Of a stretch of 64,000 nt of DNA, positions 63,127-64,000 are shown one piece after another. The stretch's first letter is position 1. Each line of letters opens with the position of its first letter. Source of the DNA: an uncultured Bacteroidota bacterium (GTDB lineage: Bacteria > Bacteroidota > Bacteroidia > Bacteroidales > WCHB1-69); assembly GCA_902786595.1 (NCBI GenBank), contig CADADB010000013.1, forward strand, positions 12,225 through 76,224, written 5' to 3'. The position numbers were made by a program, and so were the translations under genes. The notes under the pieces are model-generated. The model was not told where the DNA came from and did no database searches. It worked only from the letters and a program-made list of their open reading frames with translations.

Positions 63127-63432
63127 TTATGCCAGCCCGCCGCCGCTCATGAACGGAGGCATCTGGTTCGGACGATCCTGGATGGCGCCGAACTGCTCCT
63201 CGTACTTGGAAACATTGTCCTGCAACGCACGGAGCAAACGCTTGGCATTCACCGGAGTCATGATGACGCGGGAACGAACCACCGCCTTCGGAATACCAGG
63301 AGACAATGAGGCGAAATCTACAAAGAATTCGTTCTCAGAGTGGGAAAGGATAGCCAAGTTGGAATATACACCCTTCGCAACTTCCTCACTGATTGTCAAA
63401 TCCATTTTCTGTTCTTTCTTATCTTCAGCCAT
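63127..63432 (-). CDS. DUF3467-family protein (conserved partner downstream of rpoC in Bacteroidota)
   Basis: 101 aa. The YSNLAILSHSENEFFVDF...VVRSRVIMTPVNAKRL pattern and the synteny both fit. Confidence 0.7.
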   Translation of the reverse strand: MAEDKKEQKMDLTISEEVAKGVYSNLAILSHSENEFFVDFASLSPGIPKAVVRSRVIMTPVNAKRLLRALQDNVSKYEEQFGAIQDRPNQMPPFMSGGGLA

Positions 63433-63527
63433 TTTCTTCTATATTCTTAATAAGTTATTTCTTCTATTAATTGTTGTAATTTGGGGCTCGAGACTTGAGA
63501 CTTTTTTTGGGTATTAGACTTTTCAAA

Positions 63528-63545
63528 AGTCCTCAGTCCTTAGTC

Positions 63546-63548
<3 letters not shown>
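63528..63548 (+). repeat. Heptanucleotide tandem array (AGTCCTN x 3) overlapping the rpoC stop
   Basis: agtcctc agtcctt agtccta. A related pair, cgagact tgagact, lies at 63489-63502. Confidence 0.8.

Positions 63549-64000
<452 letters not shown>

Noticed and set aside
62986-63309. 107-aa plus-strand ORF between the membrane-protein operon and the DUF3467 gene.
   Set aside because: It overlaps the heptamer array, the minus-strand terminator and the antisense of the DUF3467 gene, and has no promoter. It is most likely spurious.

Overview
This 64-kb window is chromosomal DNA from a Bacteroidota genome, probably Prevotellaceae-like. That placement is inferred from three things: TAnnTTTG -7 promoter boxes ahead of most transcription units, T9SS type-A and type-B C-terminal sorting domains, and the conserved bamD-rpoZ-coaBC-DUF4835-recN and rpoC-DUF3467 gene orders. 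I call about 56 protein genes and one tRNA-Pro(CGG). I saw no rRNA, CRISPR array, transposase, integrase or phage gene. Most genes are housekeeping: dnaA, recJ, recN, uvrC, dprA, glyA, trmD, coaBC, murG, PBP1A, pcm, the rpoC 3' end, and two GH20 hexosaminidases. Eight things deserve a second look. (1) An adjacent archaeal-type GatE/GatD amidotransferase pair. (2) A dispersed set of short heptanucleotide tandem arrays that sit at or overlap stop codons and gene boundaries, some sharing 20-22 nt identical words between loci 45-50 kb apart. (3) A roughly 38-nt conserved hairpin element present three times. (4) A GTAGAGACG...CGTCTCTAC palindrome family present four times. (5) An RluA pseudouridine synthase with a ~315-aa N-terminal extension carrying a CxE...PxCxxxC, deaminase-like motif. 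(6) An ECF sigma factor paired with a membrane anti-sigma-like protein that ends in a T9SS type-B sorting domain. (7) A low-GC HEPN/MNT toxin-antitoxin islet. (8) A PurF-like protein lacking the N-terminal catalytic Cys. All family assignments come from reading motifs by eye; no database search was run. I cannot show that any of these is truly undescribed, and I did not find an obvious new multi-gene defence or mobile system.
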